This document shows, in pieces, positions 21,467-31,909 of a stretch of DNA of 64,000 nt. Made by a program: the position numbers and the translations under genes. Below the pieces are notes generated by a model. The model made no database searches. It was not told the origin of the DNA and saw only the letters and a list, made by a program, of their open reading frames with translations. The stretch lies in assembly GCA_963783575.1 (NCBI GenBank), contig CAWAOD010000005.1, positions 288,001 through 352,000 on the forward strand. The letters are read 5' to 3'. The stretch's first letter is position 1, and the number at the start of each line of letters is the position of its first letter. Source of the DNA: an uncultured Spirochaetota bacterium (GTDB taxonomy: Bacteria > Spirochaetota > Brevinematia > Brevinematales > JAOACQ01).

Positions 21467-22099
21467 CTAAGATTGCAGCCGGTCTAAGCTTGTCTTTCTG
21501 AAACTGATATAATTTATACCCCGTAATGGGTCGATTTTTTTGTAAAATAGTGTTGGAAATTCAGGGTAAATATTTTCCTCAATAGATTTTTTATAATTAT
21601 TCTTTAAAAAAGGAAAATCTTTGATTATTGAAAAAACATGTTCGGCATATTCCCTCACGTCGGTTACAAAGTTTAAAGTCCCGCCTTCTTTTAAAACCCT
21701 TACGGCATTAATTAAAAAAGATGGTTTAAATACCCGGTTTTTCCACTGCCTTTTCCTGATCCAGGGATCGGGAAAGTTTATATGTATTTCATCAATGCTA
21801 TTCTCTTTGAAAAGGAACTTTAATGCAAGTTCCGCATCGCAGTCGACTACCGAATAATTTAAAATTCCTCTTTTATAAAGCCTTTCGGAAGTTTTATAGG
21901 CTCTTTTACGGGATATTTCTATTCCTATGAAATATCTGTTGGGATATTTTCCGGTATTTTCGATAAGGTAATCCCCATGACCGCAACCTACGTCAAGAAC
22001 AACCGGTTTACCTTTGCTGTTATTCCAGAATAATACTAAATCATTTTCTTGGCTATAATTTATTTCATTCGGGATATTCGGAAAAGTGTTTTTCTCCAT
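21467..22099 (-). CDS. trmB: tRNA (guanine-N7)-methyltransferase
   Basis: LDVGCGHG, IGIEI, INFPDPW..KR, FVTD. Confidence 0.9.
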   Translation of the reverse strand: MEKNTFPNIPNEINYSQENDLVLFWNNSKGKPVVLDVGCGHGDYLIENTGKYPNRYFIGIEISRKRAYKTSERLYKRGILNYSVVDCDAELALKFLFKENSIDEIHINFPDPWIRKRQWKNRVFKPSFLINAVRVLKEGGTLNFVTDVREYAEHVFSIIKDFPFLKNNYKKSIEENIYPEFPTLFYKKIDPLRGINYISFRKTSLDRLQS

Positions 22100-22107
22100 T
22101 AATGACC

Positions 22108-22401
22108 TTAATACTCTATAATCTTTGGGACAACAATATTACCGTCGGAAAATCTGGGAGCAATGCTCTCTATTTCATTATTTGTCATTGAAGGCGAAAC
22201 CGTATCCCTTCGAAAAACATTGATGTTTTCAACAGCATGAGTAGTCGGCATCACATTATCGGTATCGAGCTCGCTGATTTTCTCAACAAAACCTATAATT
22301 CTATCGAATTGGCCTGCAAATTTCTCCATCTCTTCACCATTGAAATCAAGCTTCGCAAGAGCGGCCGTCTTTTCAACATCACCGATATTAATATGGGGCA
22401 T
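22108..22401 (-). CDS. gatC: Asp/Glu-tRNA amidotransferase subunit C
   Basis: DVEKTAALAKL...ISELDT.NV.PT.H...VFRRD...AP....IVVPKII; GGAG RBS before ATG at 22401. Confidence 0.9.
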   Translation of the reverse strand: MPHINIGDVEKTAALAKLDFNGEEMEKFAGQFDRIIGFVEKISELDTDNVMPTTHAVENINVFRRDTVSPSMTNNEIESIAPRFSDGNIVVPKIIEY

Positions 22402-22472
22402 AAATACTCCAGAAAACAGATTCATAATAATTATTATAAGAAATAATCTATAATTTTTCAAGAAACAATTCA

Positions 22473-23816
22473 TCAGACTGCCGTTATTTTTAAGTTTATC
22501 AATTTAATAAAATCATCACCGCTTATAAGAATCATTTTTTTATAATCAAATCCTTCTCCTTCAGATCTAACTACACCATATAATGAAAATATTGTAAAAG
22601 CTCCATTGGAACGGAAATCGGATAAAACAATATTATTCATTTCAATCAAATCCGATACAGGAACCTGAAGAGGAGTCGTATACAAACAATAACAAAATTC
22701 TGCTGCTTTAAATGCCCAGAAATTATTTCTCTTAATAATTTTATTAATAGTAACCGGATGAACCAGTTTATATAAAATAATATTAATTTTACTTTCGTCT
22801 CTCGAATAAATATATTCCATTTTTGGATTATTGATTATCTGAATATATTGAGTATAAATATGAACAAGATCCCTGAATTTAGGATTTATATGATGAGCTT
22901 CCTGCCATGCTTTAATAGCCGCAAAATATTCCTTATTCTTAAATAAGGCGCTTCCAAGAAAATATTTCAATTCGCACTTTTTGTTATGAGAAACATTATC
23001 CATATTAGTATTTATTAATTCCATCGCTTCTTTAATCTGGTTACATTGTATCATAATCTCAATCATTTTTGTGAGAACTTCTTCATAATAATTTTCATTA
23101 TCTAAAAGTGGCCGGATCACCTCAATTGCTTTCTGGAAGTTTTTAGTGCTATAATAAACATCGGATAATAAAAATGATGCGGCAGGTAACATTACCTGAT
23201 CAAATTCAATTTTATCATTATTTAAAATAAATTCAAGCTGTATTGTTGCATCACTGAGGTTACGCAGATAGATATAAATTTTGGCTAATATAAATCTGGC
23301 TCTTAAATCTTCCGGTTTGACCTTTATCAAGTTTTCCAGATATTCTTTTGCTTTTTGATATTTCTTGGTTTCATAAAGCAATTCACCTGCCGCAAGCAAC
23401 GCTTTGCTATTCCTCGGATTCTTTTCCAGAGCCATTACATAATAACCAAGAGCAGCTTCATTCTTTTTCATTTTTTTGAATAAATCGGCGGTTTTAATAA
23501 ATATTTGTACCTTAATTTCTTCCTGATCCGAACCAGAAACAAGAATGCTTGACTTTTCCAGATATAATATTGCCTGGGTGTAATCTTTTAATCCCTCGTA
23601 TGCAAGTCCGATATAATATTTTATGGTAAAATCGTTAGGCTGGGAATCAACCTTTTTCAGGCATAAATTGAGAGCTTTTTGATAATCTCCTGAGTCCAGG
23701 CTATCTTCAATAATCTTGTAAGTATTATCTTTTTTTAATAATATATATATAACATAAATTAATGAACCGATAATACCGGCTCCAAGAATAATTAATACCA
23801 CATAAAAAAAACTCAT
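22473..23816 (-). CDS. Membrane-anchored tetratricopeptide-repeat protein
   Basis: N-terminal TM, multiple TPR-like helices (YYIGLAYEGLKDYTQAILYLEK, YFLGSALFKNKEYFAAIKAWQEA). Confidence 0.8.
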   Translation of the reverse strand: MSFFYVVLIILGAGIIGSLIYVIYILLKKDNTYKIIEDSLDSGDYQKALNLCLKKVDSQPNDFTIKYYIGLAYEGLKDYTQAILYLEKSSILVSGSDQEEIKVQIFIKTADLFKKMKKNEAALGYYVMALEKNPRNSKALLAAGELLYETKKYQKAKEYLENLIKVKPEDLRARFILAKIYIYLRNLSDATIQLEFILNNDKIEFDQVMLPAASFLLSDVYYSTKNFQKAIEVIRPLLDNENYYEEVLTKMIEIMIQCNQIKEAMELINTNMDNVSHNKKCELKYFLGSALFKNKEYFAAIKAWQEAHHINPKFRDLVHIYTQYIQIINNPKMEYIYSRDESKINIILYKLVHPVTINKIIKRNNFWAFKAAEFCYCLYTTPLQVPVSDLIEMNNIVLSDFRSNGAFTIFSLYGVVRSEGEGFDYKKMILISGDDFIKLINLKITAV

Positions 23817-23925
23817 TTTTTAAAACCCCGCAATTTATAAATTGCTGTTTTTATTTATCCGGAACTACCCTAAATTTTTGTATACTTATATGCCGGAATG
23901 GCAATAATTTCATTAGCATATAATT

Positions 23926-23959
23926 GGGTACCTCCAAAAAATGATTTATTTGAATGTGC
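23926..23959. repeat. Degenerate copy of the GGCACTTCTAAAAA palindrome
   Basis: GGGTACCTCCAAAAAATGATTTATTTGAATGTGC aligns with GGCACTTCTAAAAATGAGTTTTTAGAAGTGC at 46250 and 57719. Confidence 0.45.
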
Positions 23960-24184
23960 GACTCCATAATAATTGAAGAATAATATTCTTTTATATAGCG
24001 CAATAAATTATAAAATAAGGAAATTGAAAATCAATGAAATTTATTATTACACAAATAAATAAAAATTACAAATAAACTAATCAGGAATGAGCAGCGGGAC
24101 CCGTAATAGAACAATAAATGAATCAATTTTGGGCTGAGAGGGATTAAAAATGTTTTAAAGATTTTGGTAACTGGTGAAGTTTTG

Positions 24185-25138
24185 TTAATCTGAATTTGAT
24201 ATATCGAATTTTTGACGGAAGTATGAGTATATATCCCTGAATACCAAAGAACATGTCTGGAATTGAATTTCCTGTTTTACGAGGAATCTGGAAAATATCC
24301 TTACCTCCGAACTGGCAACTCCATTGGAATGAACAAGAAGGATCCCCCAGTTTTTTGATTTTGTTCCCATCCATTCATTAGCATTTAGTGCAATACAGTT
24401 TAAAGATTTCAAAGTCCGGAAATTATCCGGTTTTTCTTTGAATCCCGGAAATCTGAAAAAATATGACGGTAAAATTCCATTTTCAAATAAAATAACTTCA
24501 GTTTTTATAATTTCTGAATATAAATCCGTGTCGGTTTTTCCGGATTCTATGATTTGATGCTCATATGTATGATTACCGGCAATAAAATCCAGCCCCGATT
24601 TTTTTATTTCACTTAATTCATTTGAATGGAATTTAATCCATTTTCCGCTAAAAAAAATAATAAAGGGAATTTTAGTTTTAATATTACTTTGCAATGATTT
24701 TAGAGATTCGTAAAAAAGCCTGTCATAATTGGTTGATGAAGGACATAGATCGGAAGTCAGAACTATGTTTTTACCATTTGGTAATGTTTTGTATTCAAGT
24801 GAAGTGCCATAAGGCATTTTTATTTCATACTGATGATTAATGATCCGGTAATAAAGACTGTCAGAAGGGATATAAACATTACTTCCGTATGGTTTAATAT
24901 CGGTTATTCCGAAATTAAGAGAATCAACATCAATAAAATAATAAAAGATATGTTTATCTCCGGTTTCGATTACCCTTGTACAAAGTATTCTCTTGTTACT
25001 TGAGATTGTGAAAATATTGGTGGCATAATATTGAGAGATTTGTAAAGGATAAGGTAAAATTGTATCAGTAAAAATAACAGAAAATAAACTGTTCTTTATT
25101 GTGGTAAACAATATTAAAATTATGATATATTTTATCAT
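24185..25138 (-). CDS. Polysaccharide deacetylase-like exported protein
   Basis: LTSDLCPS, FFSGKWI, GNHTYEH, FFRFPG, ILLVHSNG (NodB-like motifs). Confidence 0.75.
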   Translation of the reverse strand: MIKYIIILILFTTIKNSLFSVIFTDTILPYPLQISQYYATNIFTISSNKRILCTRVIETGDKHIFYYFIDVDSLNFGITDIKPYGSNVYIPSDSLYYRIINHQYEIKMPYGTSLEYKTLPNGKNIVLTSDLCPSSTNYDRLFYESLKSLQSNIKTKIPFIIFFSGKWIKFHSNELSEIKKSGLDFIAGNHTYEHQIIESGKTDTDLYSEIIKTEVILFENGILPSYFFRFPGFKEKPDNFRTLKSLNCIALNANEWMGTKSKNWGILLVHSNGVASSEVRIFSRFLVKQEIQFQTCSLVFRDIYSYFRQKFDISNSD

Positions 25139-25752
25139 ACCATAATACCGGCATCCTTTAAACCTATAAAAATATCTTCTTCCGACCTTACTAAGACAAT
25201 TTTCATGCCCAGATTCTTGGCTTTATCGGTATTTTCTTGTTTGTCGTCCAAAAATAACACTTCACCGGGAAGAATTTTATAATAATTCAAAACCAGATCA
25301 AAAGCCTCTTTTTCGGGCTTACGAATATGTATCCGGTTTGAAAAAAACAGCCTGTCAAATAATCCTATTATTTGAGGAAATTGGGTTAGAATATGCCTTT
25401 CATGAATTTCATTTGTATTACTAAGCGCCGCCAGAAGATATTCATTTCTTAATTTTTCAAGCATTTCTTTAACCCGGGGAGTAACCCCCGTAAACATTGC
25501 ATTCCACCCCCTGTCAAAATCGGCATCTGAAAAAGTACAATTCATTTTTGTTGACACATACTTTCTGAAACGGGTGGAAGGTATCTCACCTCGTTCGAAA
25601 CTGCAATATTCATAATCATTAAAATCGATCTCTTTTAAAATGTTTTCTTTCCTGCAGCCGGATACTTTCGACCAGTATTCGGCAGTCGGATCATTGGAAT
25701 ACGGGAAAATAACATTACCGAGATCAAAGAGGATAAGCTTGATTGAATTCAT
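25135..25752 (-). CDS. HAD-family phosphatase (YihX-like)
   Basis: LFDLGNV, LSNTN..H, RKPE, FLDDKQEN. Confidence 0.9.
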   Translation of the reverse strand: MNSIKLILFDLGNVIFPYSNDPTAEYWSKVSGCRKENILKEIDFNDYEYCSFERGEIPSTRFRKYVSTKMNCTFSDADFDRGWNAMFTGVTPRVKEMLEKLRNEYLLAALSNTNEIHERHILTQFPQIIGLFDRLFFSNRIHIRKPEKEAFDLVLNYYKILPGEVLFLDDKQENTDKAKNLGMKIVLVRSEEDIFIGLKDAGIMV

Positions 25753-25827
25753 AATTTACCTGCTAATCAGTTTTCAAAGGATTATATCGGAAAGACCGGG
25801 AAAAAAAAGAGAGATTTGAAAGATAAA

Positions 25828-27402
25828 TTACATTCTATCAGGAGAACTCACTCCAATCAATTTTAATCCTATATTAATAATCCGTTTGGCTGCGTAAACA
25901 AACTGTATTCTTTTTCTAGTCGTTTCGATATTGTCCGTAATAACACGATGCTGATTATAAAACCTGTGGAAAACGCCGGCCAGGTTTTCAAGATAAAGAG
26001 GAATCCTGTGAGGTTCATCGCTAATTGCCGAATCGGCAACAAGCTCCGGGAATTTTATAAGTTCTACAGCCAGGTCTCTTGCTTCCATGCTATCAATTAT
26101 TTTTTCGGGGAAACTCTCCAATATATCATTATCGTAAATTTCAGCGATATTCCTGATAATACCCGATATTCTTGCATGCGCATACTGTACATAAAAAACA
26201 GGATTTTCTTCCGATTTTTGTTTCGCGGCCTCAATATCAAAATCCAGAGGAGTGTCCGTCTTTCTCATCACAAGATAATATCTTGCCGCGTCCACGCCGA
26301 TTTCCTCAACGACTTCTTCCAGGGTTATCATCTCACCTGTTCTTTTTGACATCCGGACGGGTTCACCGTTTCGGAAAAGATTGACCAGCTGACCGATAAT
26401 AATTTTAAAATCTATTTTTTTATTTACTTCTTCGGAACAAACCTTTACAGCGGCTTCCATTCTTTTGACATAACCGTGATGATCGGCTCCAAGGACATTG
26501 ATAAGAGAGGTAAAATTACGGTTGATTTTATTCCTGTGATATGCTATGTCGACTGCAAAATAAGTATATTCACCGTCGGATTTTATTAAAACCCTGTCTT
26601 TATCATCGCCAAAATCGGTCGTCCTAAACCAGAATGCGCCGTCTTTATCATAACCATGCCCGCTTTTTCTTATAAATTCTATTGTTTCTTTTATGGAACC
26701 GGATTCATGAAGCGATTTTTCTGAAAAAAAGCGGTCAAAATTAACCCTGAAACCGGCTAGTGTTTCCTTCTGAATTTTAAGCAAATTAACAGCCGGATCG
26801 CCTTCCATTTTTGCTATTTCATTAATGTAACCGCCATGATATCCGTTTTCAGGCACGGGTAATCCATCCCTGACGGCATTGATGCTTTGATACAGAAGAT
26901 TTATCTGATTACCGGCATCATTTATATAAAATTCGGATGAAACCTCCGCACCGCAATATTTCAAAATATTAAGCATAGAATCACCGATTGCCGCCCATCG
27001 TCCATGACCGATATGAAGCGGACCGGTAGGGTTTGCGCTTACAAATTCAAGCAATATTTTTTCTCCTTTTAAAATATCGCTTTTACCGTATTTTTCCTTT
27101 TCTATTATACTTCGAATTTCCTGAGTTAAGAATTCATCGGAAAGAAAAAAATTAATATATCCGGCTCCCGCTATTTCAACATTCAGAAATTCAGGCCTTT
27201 TATTTAAATCATCCGCTAATCCCGAAGCTAACTCCCTGGGGTTCTTTTTTAAATTCTTTGCAAGAGTCATAGCAACAGTAGTTGCGTAATCACCGTATTT
27301 TTTTAAATCTGGATATATAATCGGAATGATATCAATACTTACTCCATAGATTCTTTTGATTGAATTCGAAATAAAACTTTTAAGCTGATCTTTAATTGTC
27401 AT
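25828..27402 (-). CDS. argS: Arginine--tRNA ligase
   Basis: EFVSANPTGPLHIGHGR, GADHHGY, MSKRTG, YVQYAHARI. Confidence 0.97.
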   Translation of the reverse strand: MTIKDQLKSFISNSIKRIYGVSIDIIPIIYPDLKKYGDYATTVAMTLAKNLKKNPRELASGLADDLNKRPEFLNVEIAGAGYINFFLSDEFLTQEIRSIIEKEKYGKSDILKGEKILLEFVSANPTGPLHIGHGRWAAIGDSMLNILKYCGAEVSSEFYINDAGNQINLLYQSINAVRDGLPVPENGYHGGYINEIAKMEGDPAVNLLKIQKETLAGFRVNFDRFFSEKSLHESGSIKETIEFIRKSGHGYDKDGAFWFRTTDFGDDKDRVLIKSDGEYTYFAVDIAYHRNKINRNFTSLINVLGADHHGYVKRMEAAVKVCSEEVNKKIDFKIIIGQLVNLFRNGEPVRMSKRTGEMITLEEVVEEIGVDAARYYLVMRKTDTPLDFDIEAAKQKSEENPVFYVQYAHARISGIIRNIAEIYDNDILESFPEKIIDSMEARDLAVELIKFPELVADSAISDEPHRIPLYLENLAGVFHRFYNQHRVITDNIETTRKRIQFVYAAKRIINIGLKLIGVSSPDRM

Positions 27403-27475
27403 AATTATTTGACTCCCAAAATTTCCGTAAAATATTTTTCATCCTTATTTTGAACCTGGAAAAATGTTGGATATA

Positions 27476-27504
27476 AGTATACAATAAAATGGAATTTTAG
27501 TCAA
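27476..27504 (-). promoter_or_regulatory. Sigma70-type promoter of argS
   Basis: TTGACT, 17 bp, TATACT on the minus strand. Confidence 0.6.
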
Positions 27505-27577
27505 AACGGCTATAAACCGATTGAAGATGAGCGTTCATAATATTGATCTTGAAGGGCTGTTTTATGAGGCGGATAAT

Positions 27578-27614
27578 AAAAAAGCGTAGGAGAAATAGAG
27601 GCTTCCCCTACGCT
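27578..27614 (-). terminator. Rho-independent terminator after the GDPD gene
   Basis: AGCGTAGG...CCTACGCT hairpin plus T-tract on the minus strand. Confidence 0.7.
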
Positions 27615-27671
27615 GTCGGAATTTAGAGACTATTATAGCTTATACCCCATTAATTAATTTAACACAATATT

Positions 27672-28409
27672 TTACTTTTTCAAGTTTTCCAGAATAAATT
27701 CTACCCTGTCTGTAATTATTATGTCTGCAAAACGGATAATTTTTTTTAAATCATTAACGGAATTGATTGTCCAGAATGCTATTTTGAATTTTAGAATTCT
27801 TAGCAATCTAATAATTAAAACTGCAACAAAACTGCCTGTTATATTAAAAATCTGAATAGGAATATTGATATATTCCGGTTTTATCTTTATGATCGTTTTA
27901 AATAATGTCCAGAAACCCATTTCAATAGTTTTCTCTCCGATTAGAAAACCTACTGAAAATTTCTTTTTTGTAAAATAATATAGAAGATCTGGAGCAAATG
28001 AAGATACCATAAAATTATTGTTTTTATTATATGCGGAGACAACCCTGAATATTTCCGGGCAATCTTCTTTAGTGAGAGTTTCCATCTTTAATTCTAGATT
28101 AATAATTTTATTGTCAGGCATAATTCCAAGCAATTGTTCCAGAGTAGCGATGGATTCACCCGATCCGATATTATAAGTTTTTAATTCATCCAGTTTTTTT
28201 TCACAAACCCTGATGGCCTCATCGGATTTAATCCCTGCAATACGATTGATTGTATCGTCATGGATGATCACATATTTATTATCTCCGGTTTTCTGTATAT
28301 CGCATTCTATTCCGTCAGCACCGAATTCCAAGGCTTTTTTAAAACCAAGTAATGTATTCTCGGGAAATTTTTCCCTATAACCCCTGTGAGCCAAAATTTT
28401 ACATTCCAT
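27672..28409 (-). CDS. Glycerophosphodiester phosphodiesterase
   Basis: LAHRG...PENTL, ECDIQ.T.D...VIIHD, NLELK, WTIN, IITD. Confidence 0.92.
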   Translation of the reverse strand: MECKILAHRGYREKFPENTLLGFKKALEFGADGIECDIQKTGDNKYVIIHDDTINRIAGIKSDEAIRVCEKKLDELKTYNIGSGESIATLEQLLGIMPDNKIINLELKMETLTKEDCPEIFRVVSAYNKNNNFMVSSFAPDLLYYFTKKKFSVGFLIGEKTIEMGFWTLFKTIIKIKPEYINIPIQIFNITGSFVAVLIIRLLRILKFKIAFWTINSVNDLKKIIRFADIIITDRVEFILENLKK

Positions 28410-28427
28410 AATTATGCCTCCTGGGAA

Positions 28428-28476
28428 AGTCGGTCAGTTGGCTAGTTAGTCAATCAGTTAGTCAGTCGGTTAGTTT
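28428..28476. repeat. Degenerate AGTC/GGTT/AGTT short tandem repeat
   Basis: AGTCGGTCAGTTGGCTAGTTAGTCAATCAGTTAGTCAGTCGGTTAGTTT. Confidence 0.65.
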
Positions 28477-28692
28477 GAATGACCATATAAATATAGTTAT
28501 TTACTCAATGGAAGTCTATAAACCAAATTTAAAATTATACCGAAAATATAAATGATTCAAACAAGTTAAAAGTAAAAAGTTTTAAAGTAATGCAGTGAGC
28601 CCGTTCGATTTCTCAGGGCAGGCTCTTATAAGAGAAGCTTTTATTAAAATAACTCACTTTAGGGCAACAAAATATTTTAAAGGCAAAAAATT

Positions 28693-29274
28693 ATGTATAA
28701 GATGATATTGATGTTATTATTAATTTTTTTATCAGCGGAATTATTCGGTTTGAAAAAAGATTTTAATTTTATGGGATTAAAACTGGGTATGACCCAGCAG
28801 GAAATAACAAATGTTTTATTATTAAATCCCAGGCTTAAAATTGATGAATCAAGGTTTTTCGGTAAAATCAATGATGCGTTGCCTTTTATTATAAAAGCAG
28901 TATATCCGCCGTATATTGATAATATATATGCGCAGTTTTACAGCAATATTTGTTATGGAATTACAATTCAATTCAATCCGGATTATTTTGATTATTTTTC
29001 ATTATCTGAAAACTTGGAAGATAAATATGGGATGCCCAAATTAAAAACTTCAAGGATTGTTTTGTGGGAAGGTATTTTCACAAATTCACCGGATCAGGGA
29101 TCCAAAGACCAGGGGAAAGATATTAGGCTCCGCCTGGAATATCCATCCACTGTTAAAATCTTCAATTACAAAATGATGAATGAAATGAACAATGAATTAC
29201 ATCAAAATAACATTAAAATAACAAATGAATCGGTTGACGAATCTAACCGGCGGGCAATACTTTCAGAACTATAA
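28693..29274 (+). CDS. Exported hypothetical protein
   Basis: Signal peptide; FMGLKLGM...LEDKYG.P pattern. Confidence 0.6.
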   Translation: MYKMILMLLLIFLSAELFGLKKDFNFMGLKLGMTQQEITNVLLLNPRLKIDESRFFGKINDALPFIIKAVYPPYIDNIYAQFYSNICYGITIQFNPDYFDYFSLSENLEDKYGMPKLKTSRIVLWEGIFTNSPDQGSKDQGKDIRLRLEYPSTVKIFNYKMMNEMNNELHQNNIKITNESVDESNRRAILSEL

Positions 29275-29311
29275 TTTTTTAATTTTTTAAAACAAATATT
29301 TTGAGGTTTTT

Positions 29312-29728
29312 ATGGTTGAGACAAGGTCAATTGAGATCCAATCAAAAGGCCACCTCGATATTATTGATTTAACCGAAAATATAAAGATTGAATTAAATTC
29401 ATCGGCAGTCACAAACGGCTCCGCCGTTTTATTTGTGCCGGGTTCAACTGGTGCACTGACAACGCTGGAATTTGAGCCGGGTTTATTGAAAGACATCAAG
29501 GATTTTCTGGAAAATCTGGCGCCTTATAATAGAAATTACAATCACCATAAAACCTGGGGTGATGATAACGGTTCGGGACATTTATTAAGTGCCCTTATAA
29601 AAACTTCCTTTTCAGTTCCTGTTTTGAATAAGCAAATGATTCTAGGGACATGGCAGCAGATAGTTTTTATCGAGTGCGATACACGTCCAAGAAACAGGAA
29701 AATCATTCTTCAACTCATGGGGGATTAG
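29312..29728 (+). CDS. YjbQ/UPF0047 family protein
   Basis: FVPGSTGALTTLEFEPGL..D, H...WGDDNG..H, LGTWQQIVFIECD.RPR. Confidence 0.92.
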   Translation: MVETRSIEIQSKGHLDIIDLTENIKIELNSSAVTNGSAVLFVPGSTGALTTLEFEPGLLKDIKDFLENLAPYNRNYNHHKTWGDDNGSGHLLSALIKTSFSVPVLNKQMILGTWQQIVFIECDTRPRNRKIILQLMGD

Positions 29729-29879
29729 TCCGAATTCATTAATTATAATTTATTTAAAAAATTATTTGTTTCTGTATATATTTGAAAATACAATCTTTTT
29801 CACCTATTATTGAAGTTTTAAATAAAAGTAATTATAATTTATTTAATGATAAGGAATTTTAGTAATTCCGGAGTTATTC

Positions 29880-30083
29880 GTGGTCAAAAATGGCAAATTA
29901 TTAAATGAATTTAATAATAAATTCATAATAGAAAATCCATTAAATATTGAAAAGTCCTATCAAATGTTCGAATGGATGGCAGATGAAGCGAAATTTTTAA
30001 ATAAATTAATCCATAAAGACCCGATGGAAGATCTGGAAATTAAAATAAAAATAGCCAGGATATTAAATTGTATAAAGAATTAA
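29880..30083 (+). CDS. Small helical protein, putative antitoxin partner
   Basis: 67 aa, GGAG RBS with GTG start, overlaps the downstream nucleotidyltransferase start by 16 nt. Confidence 0.65.
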   Translation: MVKNGKLLNEFNNKFIIENPLNIEKSYQMFEWMADEAKFLNKLIHKDPMEDLEIKIKIARILNCIKN

Positions 30084-30616
30084 TAACAAAAATAGCTCAT
30101 TTACTTAATGAGCAGAATATACCTTATATGATAATTGGCGGACAGGCTGTACTGTTATACGGAGAACCAAGATTTACAAGGGATGTAGATATTTCTTTAG
30201 GTCTGGATGCAGAAGGGTTTTTATTAATAAAAAATATTTGTGAATTATTATCTCTAAGGATCCTGCCTGATAAACCCCAAGCCTTTGTTCAAGACACTAT
30301 GGTTTTACCATGCATGGAAGAGGAAACTGGAATAAGAATAGATTTTATTTTTACAAATACTGAATATGAACATAATGCCATAAAAAAGGCAGCAGTATTT
30401 GATTTTGGAGGAATACCGGTTCATTTTGCCGGTAAAGAAGATGTCATCATATTGAAGATAATTGCCGGTAGGGAAAGAGATTTTGAGGATATTCGCTCTA
30501 TTTTATTAAAAAATAAAGACATTGATGAAAATTACATTGTTAAAAACCTCAAAATTTTTGATGATTTAATGGATACAAATATATTAAACAAATGGCTGGA
30601 ATTAAGGGCAAATTGA
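30068..30616 (+). CDS. Nucleotidyltransferase (DUF6036/AbiEii-like, Pol-beta superfamily)
   Basis: YMIIGGQAV..YGEPRFTRDVDI, EDVIILK..AGR.RD..DI. Confidence 0.8.
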   Translation: MYKELITKIAHLLNEQNIPYMIIGGQAVLLYGEPRFTRDVDISLGLDAEGFLLIKNICELLSLRILPDKPQAFVQDTMVLPCMEEETGIRIDFIFTNTEYEHNAIKKAAVFDFGGIPVHFAGKEDVIILKIIAGRERDFEDIRSILLKNKDIDENYIVKNLKIFDDLMDTNILNKWLELRAN

Positions 30617-30639
30617 CCCGGTATGGCTTCATTCAAGCG

Positions 30640-31771
30640 CTATTTTATTTTTTTAATAAAGATCCTGTATGTTTTATAACGCTCGGCGTCAAGGTGATTT
30701 AATGAATCAAGCATACGATTATTTGTCTCAACAATATTCGACATCTCTACTTCATTAAAACCAAGCCTTATACCGTTATCAATAATATTCATATACATCG
30801 CTATTTCAAGGCCGAGATTCCGGTATTCCTCAAGAACACCCATAAGCATAAGCCGGAAACGGTCGGTTTTATTTAAACCTAGGAAATGCAGAAAACCGAA
30901 TGGAAATAGCCGCCCGTTCATTTTTTTAACGGCCTGGTTGGCATCATATACGCTCAAAGCAAAGCCAACAGGTTTATCATAGACCTCTGCAATGTAAGTC
31001 ATTGGCTTTATTACTACCCCCATCAGTCCATCCTTAAAACGGTTCCAGTTCGCGGTCCGTTAAAGTAATATGCCCCCAATTCCTGCTCCATGCTTCATTA
31101 AAGATTTTTTTTACTATCGCAGCTTCGATGTTAAGATCCCGCGATTTTTCCATTGACCATATTTTAATACCCGGATTTTTTAAAATTCTATCTCTGACCT
31201 TATAATATCTGGGATCAATATTTTTATCAGTTATTCCCTTTCTGCCCCTGAATGCATACCAGTCGACTGACTTCATAAAGCCGCATTCTTCAAGCAGCTT
31301 TTGATAATATTGAGGATTATGAATGTTCATAATATATGGATCGGAATCAAACCCATTCACAAGTATACCCATCTCATCATAGGTACTGAAACTGAAAGGG
31401 CCTTCTATAGAATTAATTTTATTTTGCTTTAAAAATTCCTCAGCCTTCGCGAAAAGGGCGTGTGCAGTTTCTAAATTATTTTCACACTCAAAGAAACCGA
31501 AAAACCCTTTTTTATCATTGTATAATTCATTATGCCTCTTATTGATATGGGATGAAATTCTTCCGACAGCCCGGCCGTTTCTTAAAGCCATTAATAAAAG
31601 AGCATTTCCATATTCAAAAAAAACTCCCTTTTGGGGGTTTAAAAATTCAAGCTGATCGAAAATCAAAGGAGGAACCCAGTGAGGATCATTCTTGTATATC
31701 CCCCAGGGCATTTTAATAAAAGATAAAAGTTCATTATGAGATTTTACAGGTACAATTTGTAAATCAGACAT
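30640..31771 (-). pseudogene. YghO-like tandem GNAT acetyltransferase split by a one-base insertion
   Basis: DPHWVPPL, GFFGFFEC, IFNEAWSRNWG in the first ORF; NGRLFPFG, GVLEEYR..G, YKTYRIF in the second; removing one base near 31040-31050 joins them. Confidence 0.8.
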
Positions 31772-31909
31772 AAATCCCTCCGTTTATAAGATATCCGGGA
31801 ATACAAATTAGCAACCGGCACAAAATATAAAAACCGGAAAATTTATCTTTTTATTTTTATAAATTATAATATATTTTATTAGTTTTGCAATAATATCAGG
31901 CAGGAAAAA

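Noticed and set aside
27403..27670. T-box riboswitch upstream of argS
   Set aside because: No T-box consensus seen; the hairpin lies upstream of a good argS promoter and fits as the GDPD terminator.
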